A stretch of 64,000 nt of DNA from the human T2T-CHM13v2.0 reference genome, Homo sapiens. The DNA is taken from the NCBI RefSeq assembly GCF_009914755.1, contig NC_060942.1, one strand, 5' to 3'. Shown here one piece after another: positions 1-18,985 of this stretch. The notes under the pieces are model-generated. The model made no database searches, was not told the origin of the DNA, and saw only the letters and a program-made list of their open reading frames with translations. Position 1 is the first letter of the stretch, and each line of letters opens with the position of its first letter. The translations under genes were made by a program, and so were the position numbers.

Positions 1-1777
1 AGCGGTGAAGTACAGGTGCAGTTTGGATGGAACACGGAGATATTGTGTAGCGGTGAAATACAGGTGCAGTTTGGATGGAACACGGAGATACTGTGTAGTG
101 GTGAAGTACAGGTGCAGTTTGGATGGAACACGGAGATACTGTGTAGTGGTGAAGTACAGGTGCAGTTTGGATGGAACACGGAGATACTGTGTAGTGGTGA
201 AGTACAGGTGCAGTTTGAGTGGAACATGGAGATTCTGTGTAGTGGTGAAGTACAGGTGCAGTTTGGATGGAACACGGAGATACTATGTAGTGGTGAAGTA
301 CAGGTGCAGTTTGGATGGAACACGGAGATACTGTGTAGTGGTGAAGTACAGGAGCAGTTTGAGTGGAACACGGAGATACTGTGTAGTGGTGAAGTACAGG
401 TGAAGTTTGGAACACGGAGATACTGTGTAGTGGTGAAGTACAGGAGCAGTTTGAGTGGAACACGGAGATACTGTGTAGTGGTGAAGTACAGGTGCAGTTT
501 GGATGGAACACGGAGATACTGTGTAGTGGTGAAGTACAGGTGCGGTTTGGATGGAACACGGAGATACTGTGTAGTGGTGAAGTACAGGTGCGGTTTGGAT
601 GGAACACGGAGATACTGTGTAGTGGTGAAGTACAGGTGCGGTTTGGATGGAACACGGAGATACTGTGTAGTGGTGAAGTACAGGTGCGGTTTGGATGGAA
701 CACGGAGATACTGTGTAGTGGTGAAGTACAGGTGCGGTTTGGATGGAACACGGAGATACTGTGTAGTGGTGAAGTACAGGTGCGGTTTGGATGGAACACG
801 GAGATACTGTGTAGTGGTGAAGTACAGGTGCGGTTTGGATGGAACACGGAGATACTGTGTAGTGGTGAAGTACAGGTGCGGTTTGGATGGAACACGGAGA
901 TACTGTGTAGTGGTGAAGTACAGGTGCGGTTTGGATGGAACACGGAGATACTGTGTAGTGGTGAAGTACAGGTGCGGTTTGGATGGAACACGGAGATACT
1001 GTGTAGTGGTGAAGTACAGGTGCGGTTTGGATGGAACACGGAGATACTGTGTAGTGGTGAAGTACAGGAGCGGTTTGAGTGGGACACGGAGATACTGTGT
1101 AGTGGTGAAGTACAGGTGCAGTTTGAGTGGAACACGGAGATACTGTGTAGTGGTGAAGTACAGGTGCAGTTTGAGTGGAACACGGAGATACTGTGTAGTG
1201 GTGAAGTACAGGTGCAGTTTGGGTGGAACACGGAGATACTGTGTAGTGGTGCAGTACAGGTGCAGTTTGGGTGGAACACGGAGATACTGTGTAGTGGTGA
1301 AGTACAGGTGCAGTTTGGGTGGAACACGGAGATACTGTGTAGTGGTGAAGTACAGATGCAGTTTGAATGGAACATGGAGATACTGTGTAGTGGTGAAGTA
1401 CAGGTGCAATTTGAGTGGAACATGGAGATACTGTGTAGTGAAGTACAGGTGCAATTTGAGTGGAACATGGAGATACTGTGTAGTGAAGTACAGGTGCAAT
1501 TTGAGTGGAACACGGAGATACTGTGTAGTGGTGAAGTACAGGTGCACTTTGAGTGGAACATGGAGATACTGTGTAGTGGTGAAGTACAGGTGCAGTTTGA
1601 GTGGAACATGGAGATATTGTGTAGTGGTGAAGTACAGGTGCAATTTGAATGGAACATGGAGATACTGTGTAGTGGTGAGGTACACGTGCAATTTGGATGG
1701 AACATGGAGGTATTCTGTACTGGTAAAGTACAGGTGCAGCTTGGGTGGAACATGGAGATATTGTGTAGTGGTGAAGT
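1..1777 (+). repeat. 48-bp minisatellite/VNTR, ~37 units in window (truncated at left edge)
   Basis: Unit GTAGTGGTGAAGTACAGGTGC(A/G)GTTTGGATGGAACACGGAGATACTGT. Eleven consecutive units carry TGCGGTTTGG (541, 589 ... 1021). Units degenerate toward 1777. Confidence 0.97.
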
Positions 1778-2882
1778 CTGAGTTTTTAGTATATCCATCA
1801 CCCAAATAATGTACGTTGTACCCATTAAGTAATTTTTCATCATCTACCCCCCACCAACCCCCTCACCCTTTTGAGTCTCCTGTGTCCATCATTCTACAGT
1901 CTATGTCCTGTATACTGATTATTTAGCTCCCACTTGTAAGTGAGAACATGTGGTGTTTGTTTTTCTGTTTCTGAATTGTTTTCCTTAAGATAGTGACCTC
2001 CAGTTCCCTCCATGTATCTGCAAAAGACATGATTTCACTTTTTTATGGCCAAAAAGTATTCTATTGCGTGTATATATACCACATCCAGTCATCCATGGGT
2101 GAGCACTTTGGTTGATTCCATATCTTTGCAATTGTGAATATCACTGTGATACACATATGAGTGTAGGTATCTTTTTGACATAATGATTTCTTTTCCTTTG
2201 GATATATACCTAGTAGTGAGATTGCAGGATAGAATGGTAGTTCTATTTTTGATTATTTGAGGAATCTCCATACTGTTTTCCATAGAAGTTGTGCTAATTT
2301 ACATTCTTAAGAACAATGTATAAGTGTCCCTTTTCTCTCCATCCTCCCCAGCATGTTATTTTTTTGTCTTTTTAGTAATAGCCATTCTGACTGCTATAAG
2401 ATGATATCTCACTGTGGTTTTAATTTGCATTTATCTGATGATTAGTTATGTTGAGCATTTTTTCATATGCTTGTTGGCCATTTGTATGTCTTCTTTTTAA
2501 AAGTGTCTATTCATGTCATTTGCCCACTTTTTAATGGGATTATTTGGGGGTTTTTGTAGAGTTGAGATTTTTATAAATTCTGGACATAGTCCCCTGTCAG
2601 ATGCAGAGTTTGCAGATATTTTCACTCATTCTGCAGGTTGTCTGTTCACTCTGCTGATTATTTCTTTTGCTGTGCAGCAGCTTTTTAGTTTAATTAAGTC
2701 CCATTTGTCTATTTGTGTTTTCGTTGCATTTGCTGTTGAGGTCTTAGTCATGAATTCTTTGCCTAGACCAATGTCCAGAAGAGTTTTCCCTAGGTTTCCT
2801 TTTAGTATTTTTATAGTTTCAAGTCTTACAATTAAGCCTGTAATCCATCTTCAGTCGATTTTTGTATATAGTGAGAGATAGG
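1778..2882 (-). mobile_element. Old L1 (L1PB/L1MA-like) 3'UTR and ORF2 end, antisense
   Basis: Typical antisense L1 3' text (TTTAGCTCCCACTTGTAAGTGAGAACATG; GTGGTTTTAATTTGCATTT; CTTTTGCTGTGCAG). The minus-strand ORF 2089-2283 resembles the L1 ORF2 C-terminal region. Confidence 0.85.
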
Positions 2883-3077
2883 TTACCCCTCTCAGGAACA
2901 GTGAGTATTAGAGGAAAAAGAATTCGAAGGAAGAAAGAAACTGTGTGCCCAGCATTGCGGCCCATTAACTGTCCTTCCACTTTGATATTCACATAGACGT
3001 CCTCCTGTTGAGGGAGGCTGGTGAAAGGGAAGCAGGGCTGAAGAATACCAAGGGCCTTCTCAATATTGTGAAGTACT

Positions 3078-4330
<1,253 letters not shown>

Positions 4331-4979
4331 TCACACAGGAGAAACCACACTTCCTTGTCCAGCCCAGCCTTCTTTTTTTTTTTTTTTTAAAGACTTTGTT
4401 TGTCCCTACTCTACCCTCACAGGTCTTCTTACCCATTCCAGGACCATGATAAATATTTGCTGAGTGAATCGGTGAATGACAGGCCTTACTTTGGTTGAGT
4501 CACTCTGCAGGGAGTGGAAGGAATCGCCACTCTCCCCAGACTCTACTCTCCTCCAATCACTCACCCTGCACTCCAAGCTCCAAAGCAAAAGAGCGCCTCT
4601 GCCCGTTTTACTGCTGTCCCTCTTCCCTCACAGTGTGGCCCAGGAAGCTCAGAAAGTGGCTGTGGCTGGAGCAGAAGGCCAGGAAGAGGTACTAAGCCAG
4701 GCTTTGGGGCTTTCTTATTTGATTGTTTGGAATTGTCAGGAATTCCAAGAATGTTGGGACTATCTCTGTGCGAATTTAAATCTGAAACGCATTAGAAAGT
4801 TAGATAAGTGTTACCCTCATGTAACATCTGCCATGCTACCCACCTGGATAGGATAAATAGTAGAGTTTTTAATGAAGTTATTAAATGTTCAGAGAGGAAT
4901 TAATCATGTTGAGTGACTAATTCCAACTAGAAACTCTTGTAATATATATAGATCCAGATGTTTCTCTTGGGAAAGAAAG

Positions 4980-6748
<1,769 letters not shown>

Positions 6749-7799
6749 CCCTTGTTGGTTCCCAATTAGGACACTATCAGCTAATTTTATGGTGTTGGGT
6801 GCAAGTACATCTGCCCATTGATAACACAGAGATCACAGGCCTGCACATTGCCTGGCAGGTGTGAGCTGTTGGTCCCAGTGGGGCTGAATATGGCTGGACC
6901 AGTCCCAGCTCGTCACCTGGAAAACTCAGCCCGGAGCCTGCAGGGAGGGGCTGTCCAGTGGTGGGTCACTAGCATCCCCTTACCCCACAGAGGATTGAGG
7001 CTTGGTTTACAGCATGCAGCCCCTCAGGTACATTTCAGAGCTGCATCTCACGTTGTTTATGGCAGTATTCTGCTACCCCTTTTCTTCCCTGTGGCATATT
7101 TTTCCTAGTCATCTGTTGCCCTTCTGTTCCATCCACGCTGGCTATAAGTGCATTGGCCTGGACAAGTCACATTTTCTTGGGCCGTTCCTGAAGGGTCTGA
7201 AGGCTGAGAGCAAATCCAGGAATCTGTGGGTGTGGTTGAAGCTCAGTTCTGAATGCAGTGCCCTTGGGCCGCCCCCCACACCCCGCCGTGCTTATGATCT
7301 GAGCACAGCCCCTCCTGCAGCTCAGAACCTGTGCCCCCTTCTCTCTTCTGCACCAGGACTTAATGTGGTGCTCTCCACATGCAGGTGTTCTGTAGATGTT
7401 TCTAGAATTTCCTTTACTTACCATGTGTTGCTCCCCTGCCCCACCATTGAAATCCGGGCCTTGCCACATTTCCCAAAAGCCACAACGCCACATTCCTGGG
7501 TGCCTTCCTTGCACCCAAAGCCGCCAAAGGAGCCTCCTGGACCGTCCCACGGCCCCAGCGCAGCCCTCCCCACGGCTGATCGCCACACTCTTGACTGCCC
7601 CACGGCTGTGCTTGTCCTCCCTGACACCACATCCCCGCACCCCCACTCGCTTCTCCTTTGTCTTTCCAGCCTCTTTCACCATGTCCTCCTGCCCCTTGCC
7701 CCTCACAGACTCTCCTCCTTTCTGCCCCACCCACCTTCCCCTGTGAGCTGTGAACTGGTCAGTCCTGGCCTTAGCACCAGCCTCTGCCCAGGAATACTG

Positions 7800-7925
7800 G
7801 ATTATCCCTTGGACCAGGCGAGGAAACTGTTAAAACTGTTAACTGTCAGCAGTCGGAGCTAAGAACCCACCCACCCCAGCCGGGATTCGAACCCCAGCAC
7901 TCAGATACCAAAATCTATGCTCAAA
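7800..7925 (-). mobile_element. MIR fragment with intact Pol III B-box
   Basis: GAGGAAACTG core. GGATTCGAACC at 7883-7893 reads GGTTCGAATCC on the minus strand. Confidence 0.55.
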
Positions 7926-8895
7926 TTGCCATAAACATTATTTCATGCTTTCTCATTAGAAACGGTGTGTTTTACACTAAAATTTGCCAACAGAAAAATA
8001 TATTTAATTCTATAGTCACTGTCAGCAAGAATATAGCAAGCCCACCTTTACAGATATTTGCTTTAAATTTAACCTTGTTCCCCCAAAAAAGGGATCTCCT
8101 TTCTCCATTTTGCTTCTCAACAGGTAAAACAGAAAGGATACGGAGTGACTAAAAAGACCAAGAATAAGAGTAATACCCTAAAATGTTACATAATTCAAGC
8201 TTGATGTTCCAAGGAGAATTTTTGTCAGATAACTTAGAGGCTTGTCTGGAAGCAAAGACTAAAGTCGTGATTCTTTGAATCTTTTTTCCCTGATGAAAAT
8301 ACCTAATTATTTTATTTCTGTTCCCACACAAATAAGTTTCTCTTGTGAGTCTCTTTGGCATGCTGCAAGTGCACAGCTTTCTTAGAGAATTAGGATTTTA
8401 CAGAGAGAATCTTAGGTCTATGAGTGGGAGTATTGTGAAAAGTCAAAAGCTAAAAAATTAATTTTGTGGGAAAAAAAATACTTGAGGAAAATTCTATGTT
8501 CCATCACTGGAGACTCGATTTATTTAATTCTGTACTGTGGGAACTGATTAGTAAAAGTTTATACTTTCCACAGTTTTTTTGTGAGATTATAATTTGGAAA
8601 TAAAAGATAGCATCCCTAGACAAATCTTCAAGTATCTTTGAAAAAATGAGTAAAAGCAGTAGAAATCCTGCAACTGGCCCTGGGGGGCTATGAAGGTCCC
8701 TTGGCTTCATCTTCCTGTACTTGGGAACCTGCAGGGAATTCCGTTTCTGCCCCAGGCCTCAAGGATCTTGAGAGAATTAATATGTGAAATTAGCAAGCTT
8801 GCAGGACACAGGAACAAATACAGAGATCAATTGTATTTCTGGGCACTAGAAATGAAAAAAATCTGAAAAATGAAATTTATAAAACATGAACATTA

Positions 8896-11270
<2,375 letters not shown>

Positions 11271-11619
11271 GTTGATTTCATAGAAGTAGAGAGTAGAAGT
11301 GGTTACCAGAGGTTGGAGAGGGGAAAGTAGAGGAGAGGGAATTGGAAGAAGCTGATCAATGGGTACAGAGTTACAGTTAGACATGAAGAATAAGTTTGGG
11401 CATTCTGTTACACAGTAGAGTGACTATAGCAAATAATAATGTAGTGTATATTTCAAGTTAGCCAGAAGAGCAGACTTGGAATATTATCGCCCCAGAGAAA
11501 TGATAAATATTTAAAGTGATAGATATAGTAGTTACCCAGATTTGATCATTATACTATGTATATACTCATTGAAGCACCACATTATACCCCATAAATATGA
11601 AGTTATTATGTGTCAATTA
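11271..11619 (+). mobile_element. L1MA-type 3' end
   Basis: ATAGAAGTAGAGAGTAGAAGTGGTTACCAGAGG...GGGTACAGAGTTACAGTTAG...TACCCCATAAATATG. Confidence 0.7.
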
Positions 11620-12015
11620 TGTATTAGTCCATTCTCTATATATTTCTTTATAGTCACTGCTATAAAGAAATAGCTGAGACTGTGTAATTTATGAAGAAAA
11701 GAGGTTTAATTGACTCAGTTCTGCAGGCTGTACAGGAAGCAAAGCGGCTTCTGCTTCTGGGGAGGCCTCGGGAAACTTAGAATCATGGCAGAAGGCAAAG
11801 GAGAAGCAGACATGTCTTACCTGGCCACAGCAGGAGAAAGAGAGAAGCGGGGAGATGCTACACACTTTTAAACAAGCAGCTCTCACGAGCACTAAGTCAC
11901 CGAGGGGGAAGTCTGCCTCCATGATCCAGTCACCTCCCACCAGGCCCCACCTCCAACATTGGGGATTACAATTCAACATGAGATTTAGGCTAAGATACAG
12001 TTCCAAACCATAGCA
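11620..12015 (-). mobile_element. MaLR solo LTR (MSTA/MSTB-like)
   Basis: Starts TGTATTAGTCCATTCT, contains AAGAAAAGAGGTTTAATTGACTCA and CCCCACCTCCAACATTGGGGATTACAATTCAACATGAGATTT, ends CCAAACCATAGCA. Confidence 0.85.
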
Positions 12016-12626
12016 GATTATATATTTTTAAATGTTTTAAATAAAAAAATAAACTTTGCTCATCAAAAAATACTTAAGAAAAATAAAATGCGAATTTGGG
12101 AGAAAATATTTGCAAAACCTATAGCTGATAAAGGATTTTAATCCAGATTATTTGTTGTAATCTCTTACTTTTATTTTTAAAAAACTCAATAATAAGAAAA
12201 CAATTGTTGAGCCAACAGTTTCATAAAAGATAGCCAACGTAATTCATCATTAGGGAAATGCAAATTAAAACCACAACGAGATACCACTACATGCCCACTA
12301 GAATAATTAAAATTAAGAAAATGAAGCCAAGCACTGGTGAGGATGTGCAATACTAGAACCCCTAAACATTGCCCTTGACAATGCAAAATGGTGCAACCAC
12401 CATGGAAAACAATTTGACAATTTTTAAAACTTAAACGTTCACTTACCATAAAACCCTGCAATTCCCATCCTGCCCAAAAGAAATAAAAATAAATGTCCAT
12501 ACTAAGACTTTTACACAAATAGTCCTAGTAGCACTATTCACAATAGTCAAAAACTGGAAATAACCCAAGTGCCCACCAGCTGGTGAATGGATAAATAAAA
12601 CATGATATATCCATAAAATGGAATAG

Positions 12627-13223
<597 letters not shown>

Positions 13224-13944
13224 TCAAAAATGTGCTAAGTGAAAGAAGCCAGTCAGAAAAGACTATGGTTTTATTTACATGAAGTTTCTAGAAAAGGCAA
13301 AACTATAGAGACAGAAGGAACTGAGTGGTGGTTGGGGCCTGGGGTGGTGGCACGGCTTGGCTCCAAAGGAGGATGAGGCACCTTTCGTGTGATAGAGGAA
13401 TTCTAAAACCTGGGTGTTGGTGGTTGCATGACTTTATAAATGGATGAATTTATGGCATATATAGTATACTCAAAAAGTTGTTTAAACATGACACTAATAA
13501 TAATTGAAGTAGGCTAAGTCCTAAGGGAAAAATAGATGTGTGGGGTATATTGCAAATTTGTACTTGTCCTCACTGGTCTCTTATACCCAAGGAACTGCTA
13601 TTGAGCAGAGAACAGGGAAGCTAGCCAGCCTCAGAGCATGCTTTTGAATCCAGGTTTGACCACTTCCTAGTTAAGTGAACTTAAGCAGTTTTATGAAGTA
13701 TTCTCGATGGTTCTCATGTTGTCATTGAATTACCTGCACAGCAGGATTGTTTGAGACAGATAGACCTTATACCTAGGCTCTCAGAACATTGCCTGGGCAC
13801 TCGGTAAATGCTAAGGTAAACGTTAACCTCATGCAGTTGCTTAGTTGTTGAACTTGTTGCCTGTGGCGATCACGCTTCTCGCTAGGAAAGATGCTTTCCC
13901 CTCAGGAACTGCAAAGGCTTTTAATTGGCTTGTTTTCATGTAGT

Positions 13945-14520
<576 letters not shown>

Positions 14521-16177
14521 GAGAATTTTAGATAAACTGTGTAACATTAAATTTCAGGATGGACAGAAATTATACATAACAAAATCATAGTGTTATAACA
14601 CTGTAAAATAACAAAATAACAGATCCAGACTTTTAACTTGATATTCACCAGATACCTGAAAACAGAAACAACGGATACCTACTAGCTCATTCTGTTATCC
14701 AAGGGATAAAATTGAGTAGGTGTATTTTAAATGTATCAGACCTAAACTCGAGTTTTAAAAAATTCAATTTAAGTGGTTACTGTCCTGAAACTGCCTGTTT
14801 CTAAGGCTCATGTGATTACAGTGGTGGACATTATTCACTAGGTTCCCGTAAAAGGTTACATTAAACAACTTAAACGACTGTGTGTGCTTCCACTTGGTCC
14901 AGAAAGGATTTAGTGCTGCTCACAAAGTTACAATACAAGTTAATAAAGCAACTGAAAATGTGGGAGGATGAAGGCAGGAACGGGGAGAGTGAGTTTTGTG
15001 GAACCGCAGTGAAGTTACTGCTCAGTGTGTCTGACCGAGGCTTTCACACGTGCCGGGACGCACCCTGAAACTTGGTTTCTAAGCTTTCACACAGTGAACT
15101 CAGTGACGTAAATGAAAGCAGTAGGAAAGTCACAGGATCCACAGATTAAAAATGAATAATAAAATGTAAAAAGCAGTTGCTTGAGAAATGCAAGAGTATT
15201 CCCGACACTAAAATTAGAAGTATTTTTCATAAGTCACCCTAGAAAGAATATTGTGCGAATGTTGGGAACATTTTCACACTCAACCCAGGGATGTGGTCCA
15301 CCAGCCCACAGGGCAGGGCTCAGTGTGGACCACCGGCCACCCCCAGCATGGCGAGTGGGAGCAGGGCGGCCTGACCCCACAGCCGCCAGACAGACGGCAC
15401 CACACTCACGTCAAGTGATGGGAAATAGCTCTTTGATTTTTATTTCAAAATGAAAAATGTATCCCAAATGTCAGTGTAACCAAAAAGTCATTTGACTGTG
15501 TTATATTAGCACAGAAATTATGCAAGAAATGTTATTCTTACACTTCTTATTGTCATCTGTTTGTTTGCATTTTAAAGTAATTAAGAAGAATTTAAAAGCA
15601 AAAAACTTTCTTTTACTCATCTGAGAATTTCATGTTATCTTTGAGTATACTTTCAATATAAAGGTAGTCGTAGATAGCAGTATCAGAAGGAAAATGTTGT
15701 CAATATGAAATAGAGTCATTACATACTTTAATTTTTTAAACTTTAGTTTAAATGTTGATTTAAAAATCAAAATTGTACTTCAAAATTTTAAAGCCTTGCT
15801 TTTAAAAAATAGGTTTAAACTTGGTATCATTATTTTTATTTTATATAACTGAAATCCCTTTGAATATAAATAACAAATATTCACATATATCAGTTGCTGA
15901 ACATAATGAAGATCACATGGCAATTCTCATATTCAGTAATACAGAAAAAATTAAGAAATTTAACTTAGTAATTTTCTTTTTATGCTTTCAGTTTTTATAT
16001 ACCCTCAGATGTCAAAAACAGGTTACATTTTACTGTGAATTACTCTTTTCAGACACATACACACAAAAAAAACCCTGAAATTATTTTTATTTAGTATTAT
16101 TTATCTTAGTTGCTAATGTAGACATACTAAAATTATTCTTCATATTAATTTCTCCGTTGTTTTTTAAAATGTATGAG

Positions 16178-16667
16178 ATCTATAGGGAAGGAAAAAAACT
16201 AGAGCCTGTGAATTAAAATGACAACAGACAAGAGAAAAGACATACAAATTTTATTAATGTTTTTAATTTTATATGCACAGGGGCGTCACAGAAAAGAAGT
16301 GGAACTTATAAAAAAAAAAGTTAGAGTTGGGAGCTTATATACCATTTTAACAAAGGGTGAGAAATTGTGGAAGAAGTGACTACAAATGAAAGGGGATTTG
16401 GGCTCCTAGGGTTGATATAATTGTGAGAAAGGGCTATTTTAGTAAGGTTTGCTTATGCAGACTCATCTTGGTGACAGCTCTCTGTCTCTGCGATAAAGGT
16501 CACTCTTATCCTAGTACAGGGTGGGGGATATTTATGCTCTTTTTTAGGCAGAAAGGGGGAGAGCAGACAGCTCTTCTTATATCTGTTGTTTCTCAGTTGC
16601 CTTCAGCTCAAAATAATCAATATGCCAGTGTCACATAATTGGGGGTGGCGTATTTTGATCCCTATCA
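16178..16667. mobile_element. ERV1 (MER4-group, MER31/MER67-like) solo LTR
   Basis: TAGGGAAGGAAAAA start and CCTTCAGCTCAAAATAATCAATATGCC...GGGGTGGC end; same layout as the element at 56700. Subfamily uncertain. Confidence 0.6.
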
Positions 16668-17669
16668 GAATCCTAGCCTAGCTCTGAACAAATGTTTAAT
16701 TATACCTTAAGAAGCTTCACTGGCTGGCTAAATATTTAATGACTTCGCAGAATCCTTTTCTATGTGTTTATGTATTTTTTAGTTGAGATAATGGTATTAC
16801 GGCTATTTTTTAAAAGTCTTTATGTTTTAGAAATAATGTTGAAATAACATGATATGCTGCCTTATAAATAAAATATTTGTTTCAAAATAATAAAAGCAGT
16901 GTAAAAGTGGATGAGATATGGATGAAAAGAAATTGGCCATGTGTTGATAAATGTGGAACCTGAGTAATGGGTACCTGGAGATTCATTCTCTCTATTTTTA
17001 TAAGTTTGAAACTTTTCCATGTAAAACATTGAAGTAACAATCACAACAGCAGCCCTGGAATTCACCATGAAGTTTTTAGAACCCTTTAAAAAGTAAATAT
17101 GTGGAATCATGGGGACTTAGCTGTATGCTAGTCCAACATGTTTACCCATGAGGAAGTTGAAGTGAAGAGAGATTGTTGTCGCTTTTGTGTTTCTTCAGTG
17201 TTATCTAAATCACCTACTTAAAAATCACAGTGCCTACAATCCCTGTTTTACTCTTGCTATCAACACATGCTCCAGAAATTCTGTATCTTCATTCTTGGTT
17301 CAAGCACTTCTCTGTAATTCTCTCAGGCTTCAGCTCAAACCTAGAGTTTGGTCTCCTATAAAGCAGTTCCAGTCCTCACCAGTGAATCTTACCCAACAAC
17401 AGGACATTAAGCCTTATCCCATGAACTGAATTTACACTTGGCATCTTTGCAATGTATTTGTGAATCGTGGAAGGACCACAGAAGTTACTGAGCTTTACAG
17501 ACCTGTGGGAATCCTCATGAGTGTCTTGTGTTGCTTTAACAAGGTACCCTTGTATGAGATCCCCTGTACTTTATCCAGCGAAGAGTGGTTTTTCTAAAAT
17601 AGTGGTTTTAAAGAAACCCAGTAGAAAACTAAAGAATAGAAGATGATTTAATATATACATAATAAAAGG

Positions 17670-17850
17670 TGGTAGTATGCATAGTGGTTAAAAACACAGG
17701 CAGTGGAATAAGATATTCTGCTATTACCTGCTGTGTGCCCTTGGGTGGATTACTTAACTGATCTGAGCACAATGACAACAGCGACCTCTTCCAGTTTTGT
17801 GAGAGTTAAATGCGATCATGTGTTAAAGTACTGTGCACAGTACCCTCGAC
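17670..17850 (+). mobile_element. MIR fragment
   Basis: TAGTGGTTAAAAACACAGG...GCTGTGTGCCCTTGGG...TTGTGAGAGTTAAATG. Confidence 0.6.
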
Positions 17851-18536
17851 AAAATAAGAACTACGTAAGAACTATTTTAAATAGGGATTATCATGTGAGT
17901 AAGGCCCTTACTGTGACATGCAGGAAATTAACGCAAAATGAGAAAGGGTATTGCGAAGGAAGTGAGAAAACAGCAGAAGCCGAAGCCTGAAGGAATGAGC
18001 TGAGGCCTGGGGGCGCTGAGGATCCCAGCCCCGCTGGGCAGGGCCTCCAAGCTGGGGAGCTGCGGGGGTGCACTGTTTGCAGAGGCAGGTGGGGCGGTGA
18101 TACTGATATTTCTGCAGGAGGGAGCCGGGAGGTCCTTGAGCAGGGGCCCCAGTAAATGCTTCAGAGCTAGAATGTCCTCCCTTTCCAGCTCACCAAGGGC
18201 TGAAGCACAAGGGCCTCCCGCCTCCCTGCAGCGCACATCCGCCCTCTGGCGAGGCCAGGCCGGCATCCAGTGTGGCCCGGTGGCCAGAACGCGCCCAGGC
18301 CATGGCCGCCGCTCCGTAGGCCTCCGTTTCACGGGTGCTAAGTAAGTCGAAAAGCAAGGGCATCTGATAGGAGCCTCAGTTTCTCCTCCGCCTGCCAGGA
18401 GGTCTTGTGCGTGCAGAGCGGCGGATGCGTGTGGCACCGCAGGCGCGGGGCGAGGGCGGCTCCGGAGAGGCCCAGGGGCTTAGCGCGCCTGGCTTTCCAC
18501 AGCCCGGCTTCGGGCCTACTCAAGATGGGGTTTCTC

Positions 18537-18985
<449 letters not shown>

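Noticed and set aside
5-1809. Long ORFs of 597, 429 and 132 aa; spaced-repeat look
   Set aside because: They are translations of a stop-free 48-bp tandem unit. There are no unique spacers or cas genes, so this is not CRISPR, and there is no evidence of a protein gene.
7002-7862. 286-aa ORF and overlapping ORFs
   Set aside because: Non-ATG start, Pro/Leu/Ser-rich low-complexity composition, no recognisable domain; chance openness in C-rich intron.
7875-7900. tRNA-like T-arm
   Set aside because: No cloverleaf; the context is MIR.
14530-16160. AT-rich unique region with minus-strand splice-like signals (near 14655 and 15405)
   Set aside because: No ORF, poly(A)/TSD or recognisable homology to support an exon or pseudogene call.
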